From: Phycisphaerae bacterium | GTDB taxonomy: Bacteria > Planctomycetota > Phycisphaerae > Sedimentisphaerales > SM23-30 | Direction: 5' to 3' | Length of the DNA stretch: 64,000 nucleotides | Assembly: GCA_016342495.1 (NCBI GenBank) | Contig: JAEIOG010000011.1 | Span: 4,330 to 68,329 of the forward strand | In this document: piece after piece, positions 26,550 to 36,366 of the stretch | Layout of the letters: each line of letters begins with the position of its first letter | Numbering within the stretch: position 1 is the first letter of the stretch | Program-made: the position numbers and the translations under genes | The notes under the pieces: generated by a model | What the model saw: the letters and a program-made list of their open reading frames with translations, nothing else | What the model was told of the DNA's origin: nothing | Database searches by the model: none

Positions 26550-28376
26550 ATGCGAAAAGAATATGATATAATTGTAGTTGGCGGCGGTCATGCCGGGGTC
26601 GAAGCGGCTTATGCCGCAGCTAAAACCGGCTTGCAGGTGGCCTTAGTAACCATGAACCGGGGTACCATCGCCCAGATGAGCTGTAATCCGGCCATCGGTG
26701 GGCTGGCCAAAGGCCAGATTGCCCGGGAAGTCGATGCCTTAGGCGGGGTAATGGGCCTGGCGATCGATGCTTCTGGCATCCAGTTCCGTATGCTCAATCG
26801 CCGCAAGGGCCCGGCAGTCTGGGCACCGCGGGCTCAGGCCGACAAACATGGCTATGAAAAGTTCGTGCAGGACTTTTTGGCCAGTGTCGATGGCTTGACG
26901 ATTATCGAGGATATGGCACTAGGCATAAGGCATAAGGCACAAGGCATAAGTAAGAGAATTACTGGCATTGAATGTCAAAAGTATGGCGTTTTACATGCTA
27001 AGGCAGTTGTGATTACCGCCGGGACATTTTTGCGGGGACTGATGCATATCGGCTCCGAGCAAATTCAAGGGGGCCGTTATGGCGAAGCAGCTTCCAATGC
27101 CCTTAGTCAATCTTTAATCGAAGCCGGCTTTGAGCTGGGCAGACTCAAGACGGGCACTCCGGCCCGGATCGATGCTGACACCATCAATTATGATAAGCTC
27201 GAGAGACAGCCCGGTGATGAAAAATGTGAGCCGTTCAGCTATCTCAATAAGGAAATCACCAATAAGCAGGTGGATTGCTGGATAACCTATACCAATGAAG
27301 GCACACATGCCCTGATTCGGGACAATCTGGACCGTAGCCCGATGTATAATGACCAGATACAAAGCACCGGGCCCCGCTATTGCCCCAGTATCGAAACCAA
27401 GATTGTCCGCTTTAGTGATAAGGACCGCCACCAGATCTTTTTAGAACCTGAAGGACTCGATACTAACTGGGTTTATTGCAATGGGATATCCAATTCTCTG
27501 CCGATTGACCTGCAGGATAAGCTGATCGCCAGTATCGAAGGTTTACAGCAGGCCAAAATTCTCCGTTATGCCTATGCTATTGAATATGACTATGTCCCTC
27601 CGACCCAGATACGGGCGACTCTGGAAAGTAAGCTCATCGATGGACTGTTCTTGGCCGGTCAGATCAATGGAACCAGCGGTTATGAAGAAGCTGCCGGACA
27701 GGGTCTTGTCGCCGGGGTCAATGCCACCGCCTTTATCAAGGGCACCGAGCCGCTGATCCTCGGACGCGATGCCGCTTATATCGGGGTTATGATCGATGAC
27801 TTAGTTACCAAAGGCGTAGATGAACCTTATAGAATGTTTACCAGCCGGGCGGAGTATCGTTTATTGCTACGGGCTGACAATGCCGATGAACGTCTGACCT
27901 CTCTGGCATTTGACTATGGTATTATTGAAGACCAGCGTTGGGATGTGTTCGAAGCTAAGCAAAGGCAAAAGCAGGAAATCACAGATTATCTGCATAATAA
28001 TAAACTCGATGGCCAGGATTTAACCTTATTGCTGCGTCAGCAGGATCATGACTTGCCCTGGCTGCTGGAAAGCTGCCCGGAGCTGGCCGCTAAGGGATAT
28101 GATCATTATGCTCTGGAGTCTGTGGTCTGCGATATGCGCTATGTGGGCTATGTGCAAAAGCAGCTTAAGCTCATCGAGAAGTTTCGCAAGAATGAAAATG
28201 TCAGACTGCCGCGGGATTTGGACTATCACAAAATCAGTCAATTGCGTTATGAAGCCCGGGAAAAGCTTAATTATGTCCAGCCAGCCAATCTCGGTCAGGC
28301 AAGTCGGGTTAGCGGGATCAATCCAGCCGATATTACCGTGCTGATGATATATCTGAAAAAGCTTGGCAAAGCATAA
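26550..28376 (+). CDS. mnmG: tRNA uridine-5-carboxymethylaminomethyl(34) synthesis enzyme MnmG (GidA)
   Basis: The 608-aa product has DIIVVGGGHAGVEAA, MSCNPAIGG.AKG, GPRYCPSIE, QINGTSGYEEAA and TSRAEYRLLLR, and is collinear with MnmG over its full length. Confidence 0.95.
   Translation: MRKEYDIIVVGGGHAGVEAAYAAAKTGLQVALVTMNRGTIAQMSCNPAIGGLAKGQIAREVDALGGVMGLAIDASGIQFRMLNRRKGPAVWAPRAQADKHGYEKFVQDFLASVDGLTIIEDMALGIRHKAQGISKRITGIECQKYGVLHAKAVVITAGTFLRGLMHIGSEQIQGGRYGEAASNALSQSLIEAGFELGRLKTGTPARIDADTINYDKLERQPGDEKCEPFSYLNKEITNKQVDCWITYTNEGTHALIRDNLDRSPMYNDQIQSTGPRYCPSIETKIVRFSDKDRHQIFLEPEGLDTNWVYCNGISNSLPIDLQDKLIASIEGLQQAKILRYAYAIEYDYVPPTQIRATLESKLIDGLFLAGQINGTSGYEEAAGQGLVAGVNATAFIKGTEPLILGRDAAYIGVMIDDLVTKGVDEPYRMFTSRAEYRLLLRADNADERLTSLAFDYGIIEDQRWDVFEAKQRQKQEITDYLHNNKLDGQDLTLLLRQQDHDLPWLLESCPELAAKGYDHYALESVVCDMRYVGYVQKQLKLIEKFRKNENVRLPRDLDYHKISQLRYEAREKLNYVQPANLGQASRVSGINPADITVLMIYLKKLGKA
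26922..26954 (+). repeat. heptamer-repeat module embedded in the mnmG coding sequence
   Basis: GGCATAAGGCATAAGGCACAAGGCATAAGTAAG matches the reverse complement of 23252-23284 at 31 of 33 positions. Confidence 0.85.
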
Positions 28377-28451
28377 ATTATCTGTTATAATCCCATTTGA
28401 GTTTGCGGTGGGGAGGTTTCATTAATAAATGGATTTATTTGAAAGGATTAG

Positions 28452-28943
28452 ATGATGGATAATGAGCAATATTCAGTTGAACCCGATGATAATGGCGCTG
28501 CTGGCGATAAAAGCATTCATGCAAATGGCGCTAGTAGCGAGCCAATCGACACTGATAAACCGGTTTCAGCCGATAATCGGAAATGGGCCTTGTTTTGTCA
28601 TCTTATTGCACTGCCGGCGATGTTTGTTCCCTTTGGTAATTTCGCCGGGCCGATGTTTATCTGGCAGCTTAAGCGGGAAAAATCAGATTATATCGATCAG
28701 CAGGGGCGTAAAGCGGTTAATTTCCAGCTTACAATGCTGCTGATTGCCGGCTGTTTATATACTATCGGGGTACTGGGGCTGCTTTTTGGAGAAGGGGACT
28801 GTATGAGCTTCTGCATGTCAGCAGTTTTATTGCTGGCGGTTTTCGATGCGATAGCTGTTATCTTAGCTACGATGGAAGTTCATAAAGGTAAAGACTATGC
28901 TTATCTGTTTTCGATTGAGTTTTTTAAGCATAAATCAGATTGA
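28452..28943 (+). CDS. DUF4870-like small membrane protein
   Basis: The 163-aa product shows the pattern KWALFCHL..GPMFIWQLKREKSDYIDQQGRKAVNFQLT, followed by TM helices. Confidence 0.6.
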   Translation: MMDNEQYSVEPDDNGAAGDKSIHANGASSEPIDTDKPVSADNRKWALFCHLIALPAMFVPFGNFAGPMFIWQLKREKSDYIDQQGRKAVNFQLTMLLIAGCLYTIGVLGLLFGEGDCMSFCMSAVLLLAVFDAIAVILATMEVHKGKDYAYLFSIEFFKHKSD

Positions 28944-29054
28944 ACCGCCGCTGGGTGATGACTGTCCCTGATAATTCAGTAGACCTTGCCGCTGGTATCA
29001 GCTACAATGGCCATGAATTGATGTGAATTGAGGGCATGAAGCCCAGAGAGAGAT

Positions 29055-30374
29055 ATGCCACACAGAAATAGAAAAAATATTGATACCATAGGTCGCCTGG
29101 GTCGCAAGGTTAAGAACCTCCATGGCGGCTTAAGCAGTATCCATGAAACTACCCGACTGCTGACCAGCCCGATGGATTTACCTCAGGTACTGGAAATGGT
29201 CGTACGCACCGTTACTGATTCCATGAACTTAAAGGCTGCCGGCCTGCGTTTGCTGGATGAAGAAACCGGTCAACTGGTGTTAAAGGCTACTTATGGTCTC
29301 AGCGATGAATATAAGAACAAAGGCGAAGTTACCGCCACTGAAAGTACCCTTAATCGCAAGGCATTACATGGCCAGGCGGTGATAGTCGATGATATGCGCA
29401 CTGACCCGAATTTTAAGAAGCATCATAAAGCTATTCTGAATGAAGGTATTGTTTCCAGTTTGAGTATTGGCCTGATGTACCGCGATAAAGGTATTGGTAT
29501 CCTGCGGTTGTATAGTGCCAATCACCGGGCTTTTTCCGAGGATAATATCAATCTGGCTCGCACGATTGCTTCCCAGTCGGCGGCGGCGATTGTCAATGCC
29601 CGTTTGTATCGAGATGCTCTGGAAGCCGAAAGGCTTACCGAGCAGATGAAAACTGCCGCTGAAGTTCAGCGTCATTTATTGCCTTTGAATTGTCCGACAA
29701 TCCCCGATGTTGACATTGCCGGTCGTTATGTGCCTTGTCACGAGTTGGGTGGCGACATATATGATTATATTGCCTTGGAAAATGACCGGGTGATGTTTGT
29801 CATTGGCGATATTATGGGCAAAGGTTTGCCAGCGGCCCTGACTATGGCTTCGCTGCGAGCGACGATCCGCGCTTATGCCGATGCCGCTGATACTTTTGAA
29901 GATTTTATCCATAAAGTCAATAAGATGTTTTATCGGGATACCGAAGGGGCCGAGTTTGCCACGCTGTTTTGTGGTATGTTGGGTTCTGGCTGTTCCAAAG
30001 ATAAAAAGTATTGCCACATGACCTATTGCAATTGTGGCCATGAACCACCAATATTGTTGCGCGGCGACCACACTATTGATTTAAATGATGGCGGTATGGT
30101 TCTGGGTATCGACCCGGATAATAAATATGATATCGGCACAATTCAGCTGGAAAAGGGTGATATGATTGTCATGTACACTGATGGCTTAGCTGATGCGTGT
30201 AACTTCAACCGTGAACGCTTTGGGCGGGAGCGGATTATTGAAGCCATCAAAAGTTCCAGTGATATGACCGCTAATCAGGCAGTTAAAAATATTCTATGGC
30301 TGATGCGCAAATTTACCGGCCTGACCCGTCGGGTAGATGATACCGCACTGGTTGTTATTAAGTTGCCAGAGTGA
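29055..30374 (+). CDS. GAF domain-containing PP2C (SpoIIE/RsbU-type) serine phosphatase
   Basis: It has an N-terminal GAF domain (LRLLDEETGQLVLKATYGLS). The PPM motifs are GGDIYDY, GDIMGKG, MYTDGL and DDTALVVIK. Confidence 0.85.
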   Translation: MPHRNRKNIDTIGRLGRKVKNLHGGLSSIHETTRLLTSPMDLPQVLEMVVRTVTDSMNLKAAGLRLLDEETGQLVLKATYGLSDEYKNKGEVTATESTLNRKALHGQAVIVDDMRTDPNFKKHHKAILNEGIVSSLSIGLMYRDKGIGILRLYSANHRAFSEDNINLARTIASQSAAAIVNARLYRDALEAERLTEQMKTAAEVQRHLLPLNCPTIPDVDIAGRYVPCHELGGDIYDYIALENDRVMFVIGDIMGKGLPAALTMASLRATIRAYADAADTFEDFIHKVNKMFYRDTEGAEFATLFCGMLGSGCSKDKKYCHMTYCNCGHEPPILLRGDHTIDLNDGGMVLGIDPDNKYDIGTIQLEKGDMIVMYTDGLADACNFNRERFGRERIIEAIKSSSDMTANQAVKNILWLMRKFTGLTRRVDDTALVVIKLPE

Positions 30375-30381
30375 TGAGGTT

Positions 30382-30852
30382 TTATTTCTCGGGTTTATAA
30401 TAGCGAAAGAAATCGCCTTTGATGTCGATTACCGGGGTGTTATCGAAAGCATCTATTTTATCGATTTCTATTATATTATCTTTGATTGAAAGGATTTTAC
30501 ATTCAGAGATTGCTATAAGGTTGGGCCGAACCGGCGAATGGGTGCCAAAAACTCCGGTTAGCGGATTATCTTTATTGCCGCGAGGATGAACCTGCAGGAT
30601 TGCACGTTTTTCAGGGGTATCATTCTTATCGAACCAGTAAACAACAATTAGATGCTTTTGCTTGTCCAGCCCTAAAAGGCCTTTGGCATACTGCTTGTCT
30701 AGAACGATCATGGTTTTTTCACCTTGGCGTATGACCTTGCCAATGGGGTAAATATTGAAGGCCGGTTTTTGATTGGGCTGGTCCTGCTTGGTCATACATC
30801 CTCCTGCGAACATAAAAGTAATCATGGCTATCATTAAGCAAAAGTATTTCAT
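30382..30852 (-). CDS. TsaA/TrmO-like (UPF0066) domain protein with lipoprotein signal
   Basis: This is ORF 30382-30864; I prefer the start MKYFCLMIAMITFMFAGGC. The TsaA-like beta-barrel pattern is present: IGKVIR, HLIVVYWFD, HPRGN..LTGVFGTHSPVRPN and DNTPVIDIK. Confidence 0.7.
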   Translation of the reverse strand: MKYFCLMIAMITFMFAGGCMTKQDQPNQKPAFNIYPIGKVIRQGEKTMIVLDKQYAKGLLGLDKQKHLIVVYWFDKNDTPEKRAILQVHPRGNKDNPLTGVFGTHSPVRPNLIAISECKILSIKDNIIEIDKIDAFDNTPVIDIKGDFFRYYKPEK

Positions 30853-31127
30853 TACTAAACCCATCTTGAATTTGCAGATTAATAATATAGTAAAACACTT
30901 TCATACTATAGCATGGCAAACTGGACAATTCAACTGGTTATATTGGTTTATATTAAGCGGAAAATGAATTTTCTTTGAAATAATTTGGTTTAATGCCTAT
31001 GATTTTATCTGATAGCAGGGAATGTATCATGCAGACAAGACATAAATAGCTAGCTTTGGCAAACCATTATCCGGGCGGATTAAAGCCTGGGATTCTCATG
31101 CGATTTGATAGATGAAGGAAATATTAT

Positions 31128-33716
31128 ATGAAACTTGTACGAAAAAGATTATTTATACTGGCATTAGCTACTATTTCTTTTGGTATTAGTGCTGTTAATG
31201 CCAACCAGAGTAAATTACTGAAAGCTCCGTCACTTGTGCCCGGTGCAGCTCAGGCTTATCTGAAAGCCGATGTGTTGACACTGGAAAATCGAGTTATTTC
31301 AGCTGCATGGAGCATTGCCGATAAACATCTCAGGCCCGTTTCTATTAATGATATTTCACAGGAGCAGTGCAGTGTTTTCAGAATTGCTACAGGCAAACCT
31401 GTGTCAAAGCCTATTGAAGGTGAGCTTTATCTTGGAATGCGTCTTGAAAACAATGCCGTTAAAGTGATGATTTCCGCTGATGGCAAGAGCTGGCAAAATT
31501 TTCATACTTTTACGATTCAGGATCGCAGTAGCGTTGCAGCTAAAGTTCGTCTGGGGAAAATGGATACCAAAGGCGGCAATAGCGACTATGGATCTGCCGG
31601 GGCTGATGGTGTTTGTAGCCTGAGCGATTTTAAGGTGTATGGTGAAGGTGCTGTTTTGATTCATGAAGAGTTTAATACTGCATTGGACAAAGATAGGTGG
31701 CAGATTAATCTGTCGAAAAAACCAAATAGTGCAATTTCTGCTATGGCTGGTAAACTGGAAATTAAATCCGGAGCTAACTGTGCCAATAATATTGAACTCG
31801 ACTTGCCTGAGGGCTGGAGTTTGGTTTCCTGTAAAATATCAAAGGGAACCGATGCCGGTATGTCATGGGGGCCCGGTATGGCTTTACTCTGGGATGATGG
31901 TCATTTTGTTTCATGCAGTATGCGTGACAATAAAACACTTAATATTATAACTAAAGATGGCGAGAAGATTACTTCATTTTCTCTTAATCCTAAGCCTGAT
32001 TATAATTTGCATTCCGAGACATTTAATGTTATTGGCAAGCCTGAAATTATTGCAATAGCCAGAGAGCAAGCAGGAATAAAAGTTAAAGGAAAAGCGATAC
32101 TTGTGAATCTAAAAGATAAAACTTCCGGAATCAAAGTTAGCTGGAAAGCATTACTTTGGGACGATGCTCACTATATTCGTCAGGAGTTTGCTTTTGTGAG
32201 TGCCACCGATGATATTGCTGTTAATGGCCTTGAACTACAGCATTGCCGTATCGGTTACGCTGAGCAGATAGGAATTGTACCAGGTAGTCCGGTAGCCTCC
32301 AGTGACATTTTTGCAGGGGTTGAAATGCCGGTTGCATCGAATACAGCGGATGCGTTCGGGGATATTCGATGCGGCTTTGGTTGTAATTTGACATTGACAT
32401 CAAAAGTTCCAATTTGTTTTAATACAGTTCTTGGCGTTTATGCTAAAGGACAATTACGTCGATCATTTCTGGCTTATATCGAAGCTGAACGTGCCCGGTT
32501 ATCTAAACCATTTTTACATTATAATTGTTGGTATGATCTTGGTTTTAATGTTAATGCCAAAGATATAATTGAAGTAGCCGATGAATTTCAGAAAAATCTT
32601 GCCAAACCCTTTGGCCTTGAAATTGATTCTTATCTTGCCGATGATGGCTGGGATGATTTTGGTGTTGGGCTTTGGTCGATAAATCTTAAGAAGTTTCCGG
32701 GTGGATTTGAACCATTGCAAAAAGAACTGGAAAAAAGAAATTCCAAACTTGGTATATGGATATCACCACTGGGTGGCTACGGGGGTGCCAATGAGCGGAC
32801 GCAATTTGCCAAAAATATGGGTTTGATTAAAGGCGATAAGCTGGATCTTTCTGAACCGGGGTATTTCAAATGGTTTAATGATAAATGTTCAAGTTTAGTG
32901 AAAGATAATGGTGTTAATTATTTCAAGTGGGACCGGGCTGGTTCTGGCGTTAGTCCGCACTTTATGGCTTTGCTCAATGTTGCCCATAATTTACGAAAGC
33001 TCAAAGAAGATGTTTATGTAAATGTAACAGTGGGCACCTGGCCATCGCCATTCTGGCTGAATCATGTAGATTGCACCTGGCGGGATGGAACAGGCGATGT
33101 GGCCTGGTCTGGCAAAGGTGATAATCGTCAGCAATGGATTACTTTCAGGGATCAGTCATGCTATCAGGCAACCGTTGTGAAAGCCCCGCTATACCCTTTG
33201 AATTCTTTGATGCATCATGGGATTGTGCACGGACGACATTTTCAGGCCGCTCGAGTTTCTGAAGCTGGGGCGGATTTGAAAGAAGAAGCCAGATCATATT
33301 TTGGTGCAGGGCCGACCTTGCAGGAACTGTACCTGACACCATCGATGATGACAGCTGAAGGGTGGAGTCAAGTAGGCCAGGCGGCAAAATGGGCACATGC
33401 AAATGCGGATGTTTTGGTAGATAGCCATTGGATTGGTGGGGATCCGTCAAAACTTCAGCCCTATGGCTATGCTTCATGGTCACCTAGAAAGGGAACGATA
33501 ACCTTGCGTAACCCAGATGATAAGCCTCAACCAATCGCTATTGATATAGAAAAGGTGTTTGAATTGCCAATTGAGGCTCCAAGGAAATATCTGATTAAAA
33601 ACGCTTATCCAGACCAGAAAGCTGATGAGGTGGTTTTAACAGCAGGTAAGGATTATATTTTAGAATTAAAACCCTTTGAAGTTTTGGTATTTGATGCGTT
33701 GCCTGTTAAACCATAG
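31128..33716 (+). CDS. secreted glycoside hydrolase, clan GH-D (GH36/alpha-galactosidase-like) with N-terminal beta-sandwich modules
   Basis: It has a Sec signal. The TIM-barrel motifs are in GH36 order: YNCWYD, YLADDGWDDF, KFPGGFEPL, LGIWISP and YFKWDRAG. Confidence 0.6.
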   Translation: MKLVRKRLFILALATISFGISAVNANQSKLLKAPSLVPGAAQAYLKADVLTLENRVISAAWSIADKHLRPVSINDISQEQCSVFRIATGKPVSKPIEGELYLGMRLENNAVKVMISADGKSWQNFHTFTIQDRSSVAAKVRLGKMDTKGGNSDYGSAGADGVCSLSDFKVYGEGAVLIHEEFNTALDKDRWQINLSKKPNSAISAMAGKLEIKSGANCANNIELDLPEGWSLVSCKISKGTDAGMSWGPGMALLWDDGHFVSCSMRDNKTLNIITKDGEKITSFSLNPKPDYNLHSETFNVIGKPEIIAIAREQAGIKVKGKAILVNLKDKTSGIKVSWKALLWDDAHYIRQEFAFVSATDDIAVNGLELQHCRIGYAEQIGIVPGSPVASSDIFAGVEMPVASNTADAFGDIRCGFGCNLTLTSKVPICFNTVLGVYAKGQLRRSFLAYIEAERARLSKPFLHYNCWYDLGFNVNAKDIIEVADEFQKNLAKPFGLEIDSYLADDGWDDFGVGLWSINLKKFPGGFEPLQKELEKRNSKLGIWISPLGGYGGANERTQFAKNMGLIKGDKLDLSEPGYFKWFNDKCSSLVKDNGVNYFKWDRAGSGVSPHFMALLNVAHNLRKLKEDVYVNVTVGTWPSPFWLNHVDCTWRDGTGDVAWSGKGDNRQQWITFRDQSCYQATVVKAPLYPLNSLMHHGIVHGRHFQAARVSEAGADLKEEARSYFGAGPTLQELYLTPSMMTAEGWSQVGQAAKWAHANADVLVDSHWIGGDPSKLQPYGYASWSPRKGTITLRNPDDKPQPIAIDIEKVFELPIEAPRKYLIKNAYPDQKADEVVLTAGKDYILELKPFEVLVFDALPVKP

Positions 33717-33728
33717 CTGGGAAGTGGG

Positions 33729-34739
33729 CTAACCATTGCGATATTGACTAGGTGTTACGCCCGCAAACCTTTTAAAAACTGTAGCGAAATATTGGCTAGA
33801 TTCAAATCCACAAGTGAAAGCTATGTCAGTTATGCTTAAATTAAGTTGGTTTTGTAACATTTTTTTGGCTTTTTCAACCCGACAATGAGCTAAAAAGTCC
33901 GAAGGTGTCATATTTGTGATTAATTTACAATAGTGGGCAAAACGGCTTCGGCCTAAATTGCAGTGTTTAGCCATCGAAGCTAAGGTCCAGGGATAATCGA
34001 TGTGTTTGGGCAGGGCATTAAGGAACATTTCGACAGATCGGCGGGTAGAAGTCAGGTGACTATCGAGTTTGATATTTTTCTGTTGCAGGATTTCATACAA
34101 TTCCAGAAACAGTTGGTTGATGTATAACTGCATTCTGGACTGGACTGATTCGGGGTTATCAGTTTCATAGCAGGCGGCAAAACTTTCAAAGCAATTTTCG
34201 ATATTTTGATTACCTTTCCAGACGGGTTGTTCGTTATGGCTAAGTAATTCGGTAAGACGTGTGAGGTCATGGGGGGCTAGGGTAAGCCAATCAGGCCAAT
34301 GCCATTGCTCATTGGGTCTGCGGACATCCAGATCGATAATGAGCCAATGCATTCGAGAAGCGCCAATTAAAGGTGAACCTACCTGATGGGGCTGCCAGGG
34401 CCGAGTGACAGTTAAATCCCCACTTTGGAGCTGATAAAGTTCGCCATCGACTGTGAAATCCAATTTTCCCCGGGAAAGGTAGCCCAGCTCTATGCCTTCA
34501 TTACGATGTTCGTCAAGTCCCCATTTTTGATCAGTTTTGGCATCCCAGACATTCGAAACGCAAAGTTCGGGCATCATTGCCGGAGGTAGTTTTTGGCCGG
34601 GATAGCAACCGCGGGCAAACCCAGTTAAGTCAAGTTCACCTCTGCTGGCAGCTGCTTTAAGGGCTTCGCAGGTATCGGCTCGATAGGTTATTGTACCATT
34701 GTAAAATATTGCAGGTTCAGGTTTTATATTCTTTTTCAT
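33729..34739 (-). CDS. AraC family transcriptional regulator (cupin sensor + HTH)
   Basis: This is ORF 33729-34751; ATG 34739 lies 5 nt after GGAGGTGA. The C-terminal AraC HTH is present (LASMAKHCNLGRSRFAHYCK..TPSDFL, DIAFTCGFESSQYFATVFKRFAGVTPSQYR). Confidence 0.85.
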   Translation of the reverse strand: MKKNIKPEPAIFYNGTITYRADTCEALKAAASRGELDLTGFARGCYPGQKLPPAMMPELCVSNVWDAKTDQKWGLDEHRNEGIELGYLSRGKLDFTVDGELYQLQSGDLTVTRPWQPHQVGSPLIGASRMHWLIIDLDVRRPNEQWHWPDWLTLAPHDLTRLTELLSHNEQPVWKGNQNIENCFESFAACYETDNPESVQSRMQLYINQLFLELYEILQQKNIKLDSHLTSTRRSVEMFLNALPKHIDYPWTLASMAKHCNLGRSRFAHYCKLITNMTPSDFLAHCRVEKAKKMLQNQLNLSITDIAFTCGFESSQYFATVFKRFAGVTPSQYRNG

Positions 34740-35033
34740 ACTCACCTCCACTAGAATTTATATTTATTATAGCAATATACCCTTGTATAAGGGAAGTATA
34801 AAATATACCACTGGCTAATTTTAGTAGATTAATAAGTAATTCTAGATTATTTTTATTGAAATAATGGTAACAAGTGTCAATAATTTGGCTAGAGTGTATC
34901 TTTAACAGGGAAAATTCTCTTTGTTTGAAGATTATTCTCTAAAAAACTTTTAAAATGAAATAAAATGTTAGCCTGAAACCATTTATGTGGAAATATAAAT
35001 ACATGTTCCTTAGAATTTGCGAAAGGTAAAGTG

Positions 35034-36206
35034 ATGGCAAAATTTCGAAAGCTTAAGATGGCAATGGTAGGTGGTGGTCCTGGTGCGTTTATTGGCGATG
35101 TGCATCGAAAAGCAGCAAGAATGGATGGCGGCATTGAAATTGTCGCCGGCGCATTTGATATAAATCCTGAAAAATCTCAGCAAATGGGCCGTGAGCTGTG
35201 TATTGCTCCGGAAAGAACCTATAATGATTATAAATCGATGCTTAAAGGTGAATTAGCATTACCCGAGCAAGACCGCGTTGATTTTATCTCTGTTTGTACT
35301 CCCAATAACTGGCATTTCCCTATCGCTCGTGATATTCTTCAGGCTGGTTTCCATGTAATGTGTGAAAAACCTATGACATTGAATGTCAAAGAAGCTAAAG
35401 AATTGAAGAAAATTGTCGCAAAATCGGGTAAAGTTTTTGGTTTGATGCACAATTATACTGGTTATCCGATGATCAAACTGGCTCGTGATATGATAGCCAA
35501 GGGTGAATTTGGTAAAATTCGCAAAGTTGTAGTGCAATATCCTCAGGGTTGGCTTGCTACGCCATTGGAGAAAACTGGACAACAGCAGGCTGCCTGGCGC
35601 ACTGATCCTAAACAAAGCGGCGGGGCCGGCTGTATGGGTGATATTGGTACTCATTGCGAAAATCTGGCTGAATACGTTACTGGTTTGAAAATAACTGAAA
35701 TTTGTGCCGAATTAACTACTTTTGTACCCGGAAGAGCGTTAGATGATGATGGCAATTGTATTTTGAAGTTTGATAATGGTGCCAAAGGCCTGCTTCATGC
35801 CAGCCAAATATCCGTAGGTGAAGAAAATAACCTGGCAATCTGGGTTTATGGAGAGAAAAAAGGATTAGAATGGCGTCAGGAAGATCCTAATTACCTGAAA
35901 GTCAAGGTTATGGACGGTCCTGAACAGGTTTGGAAACGTGGTAATGCTTATGTTGGAGCCAAATCACCAGCAGCAGCTCGTGCTACTCGGCTTCCAAGTG
36001 GTCATCCTGAGGCATTTTTTGAGGCCTTTGCTAATACATACTGTAATTTTACGGATACTATCCGAGCGGTTGATGCTGGCAAGAAGCCAACAAAGCTAAT
36101 GCTGGATTTCCCAAATGTGGATGATGGTCTGCGTGGTATGCTCTTTATTGAAACGGTACTAGCGAGCAATAAAAGCAAACAAAAGTGGACATCCTTTAAG
36201 AAATAA
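35034..36206 (+). CDS. Gfo/Idh/MocA family oxidoreductase (cytoplasmic)
   Basis: It has Rossmann KMAMVGGGPGAFIG and VMCEKP, and no signal peptide. Confidence 0.85.
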   Translation: MAKFRKLKMAMVGGGPGAFIGDVHRKAARMDGGIEIVAGAFDINPEKSQQMGRELCIAPERTYNDYKSMLKGELALPEQDRVDFISVCTPNNWHFPIARDILQAGFHVMCEKPMTLNVKEAKELKKIVAKSGKVFGLMHNYTGYPMIKLARDMIAKGEFGKIRKVVVQYPQGWLATPLEKTGQQQAAWRTDPKQSGGAGCMGDIGTHCENLAEYVTGLKITEICAELTTFVPGRALDDDGNCILKFDNGAKGLLHASQISVGEENNLAIWVYGEKKGLEWRQEDPNYLKVKVMDGPEQVWKRGNAYVGAKSPAAARATRLPSGHPEAFFEAFANTYCNFTDTIRAVDAGKKPTKLMLDFPNVDDGLRGMLFIETVLASNKSKQKWTSFKK

Positions 36207-36366
36207 GATGATTAATGCCGTTATCGTTGTTTCTAATGTTTGACATTTTGCATTTGTACAATATAATAAAAGTCTCCCTGCAAGAAAAGGCAACCTGTAA
36301 TGTTAAATGGCTTAGCCAAAATTAGAGGTTTCCAAAATTATTACTACTTATCTAGAGGTATGAAGA

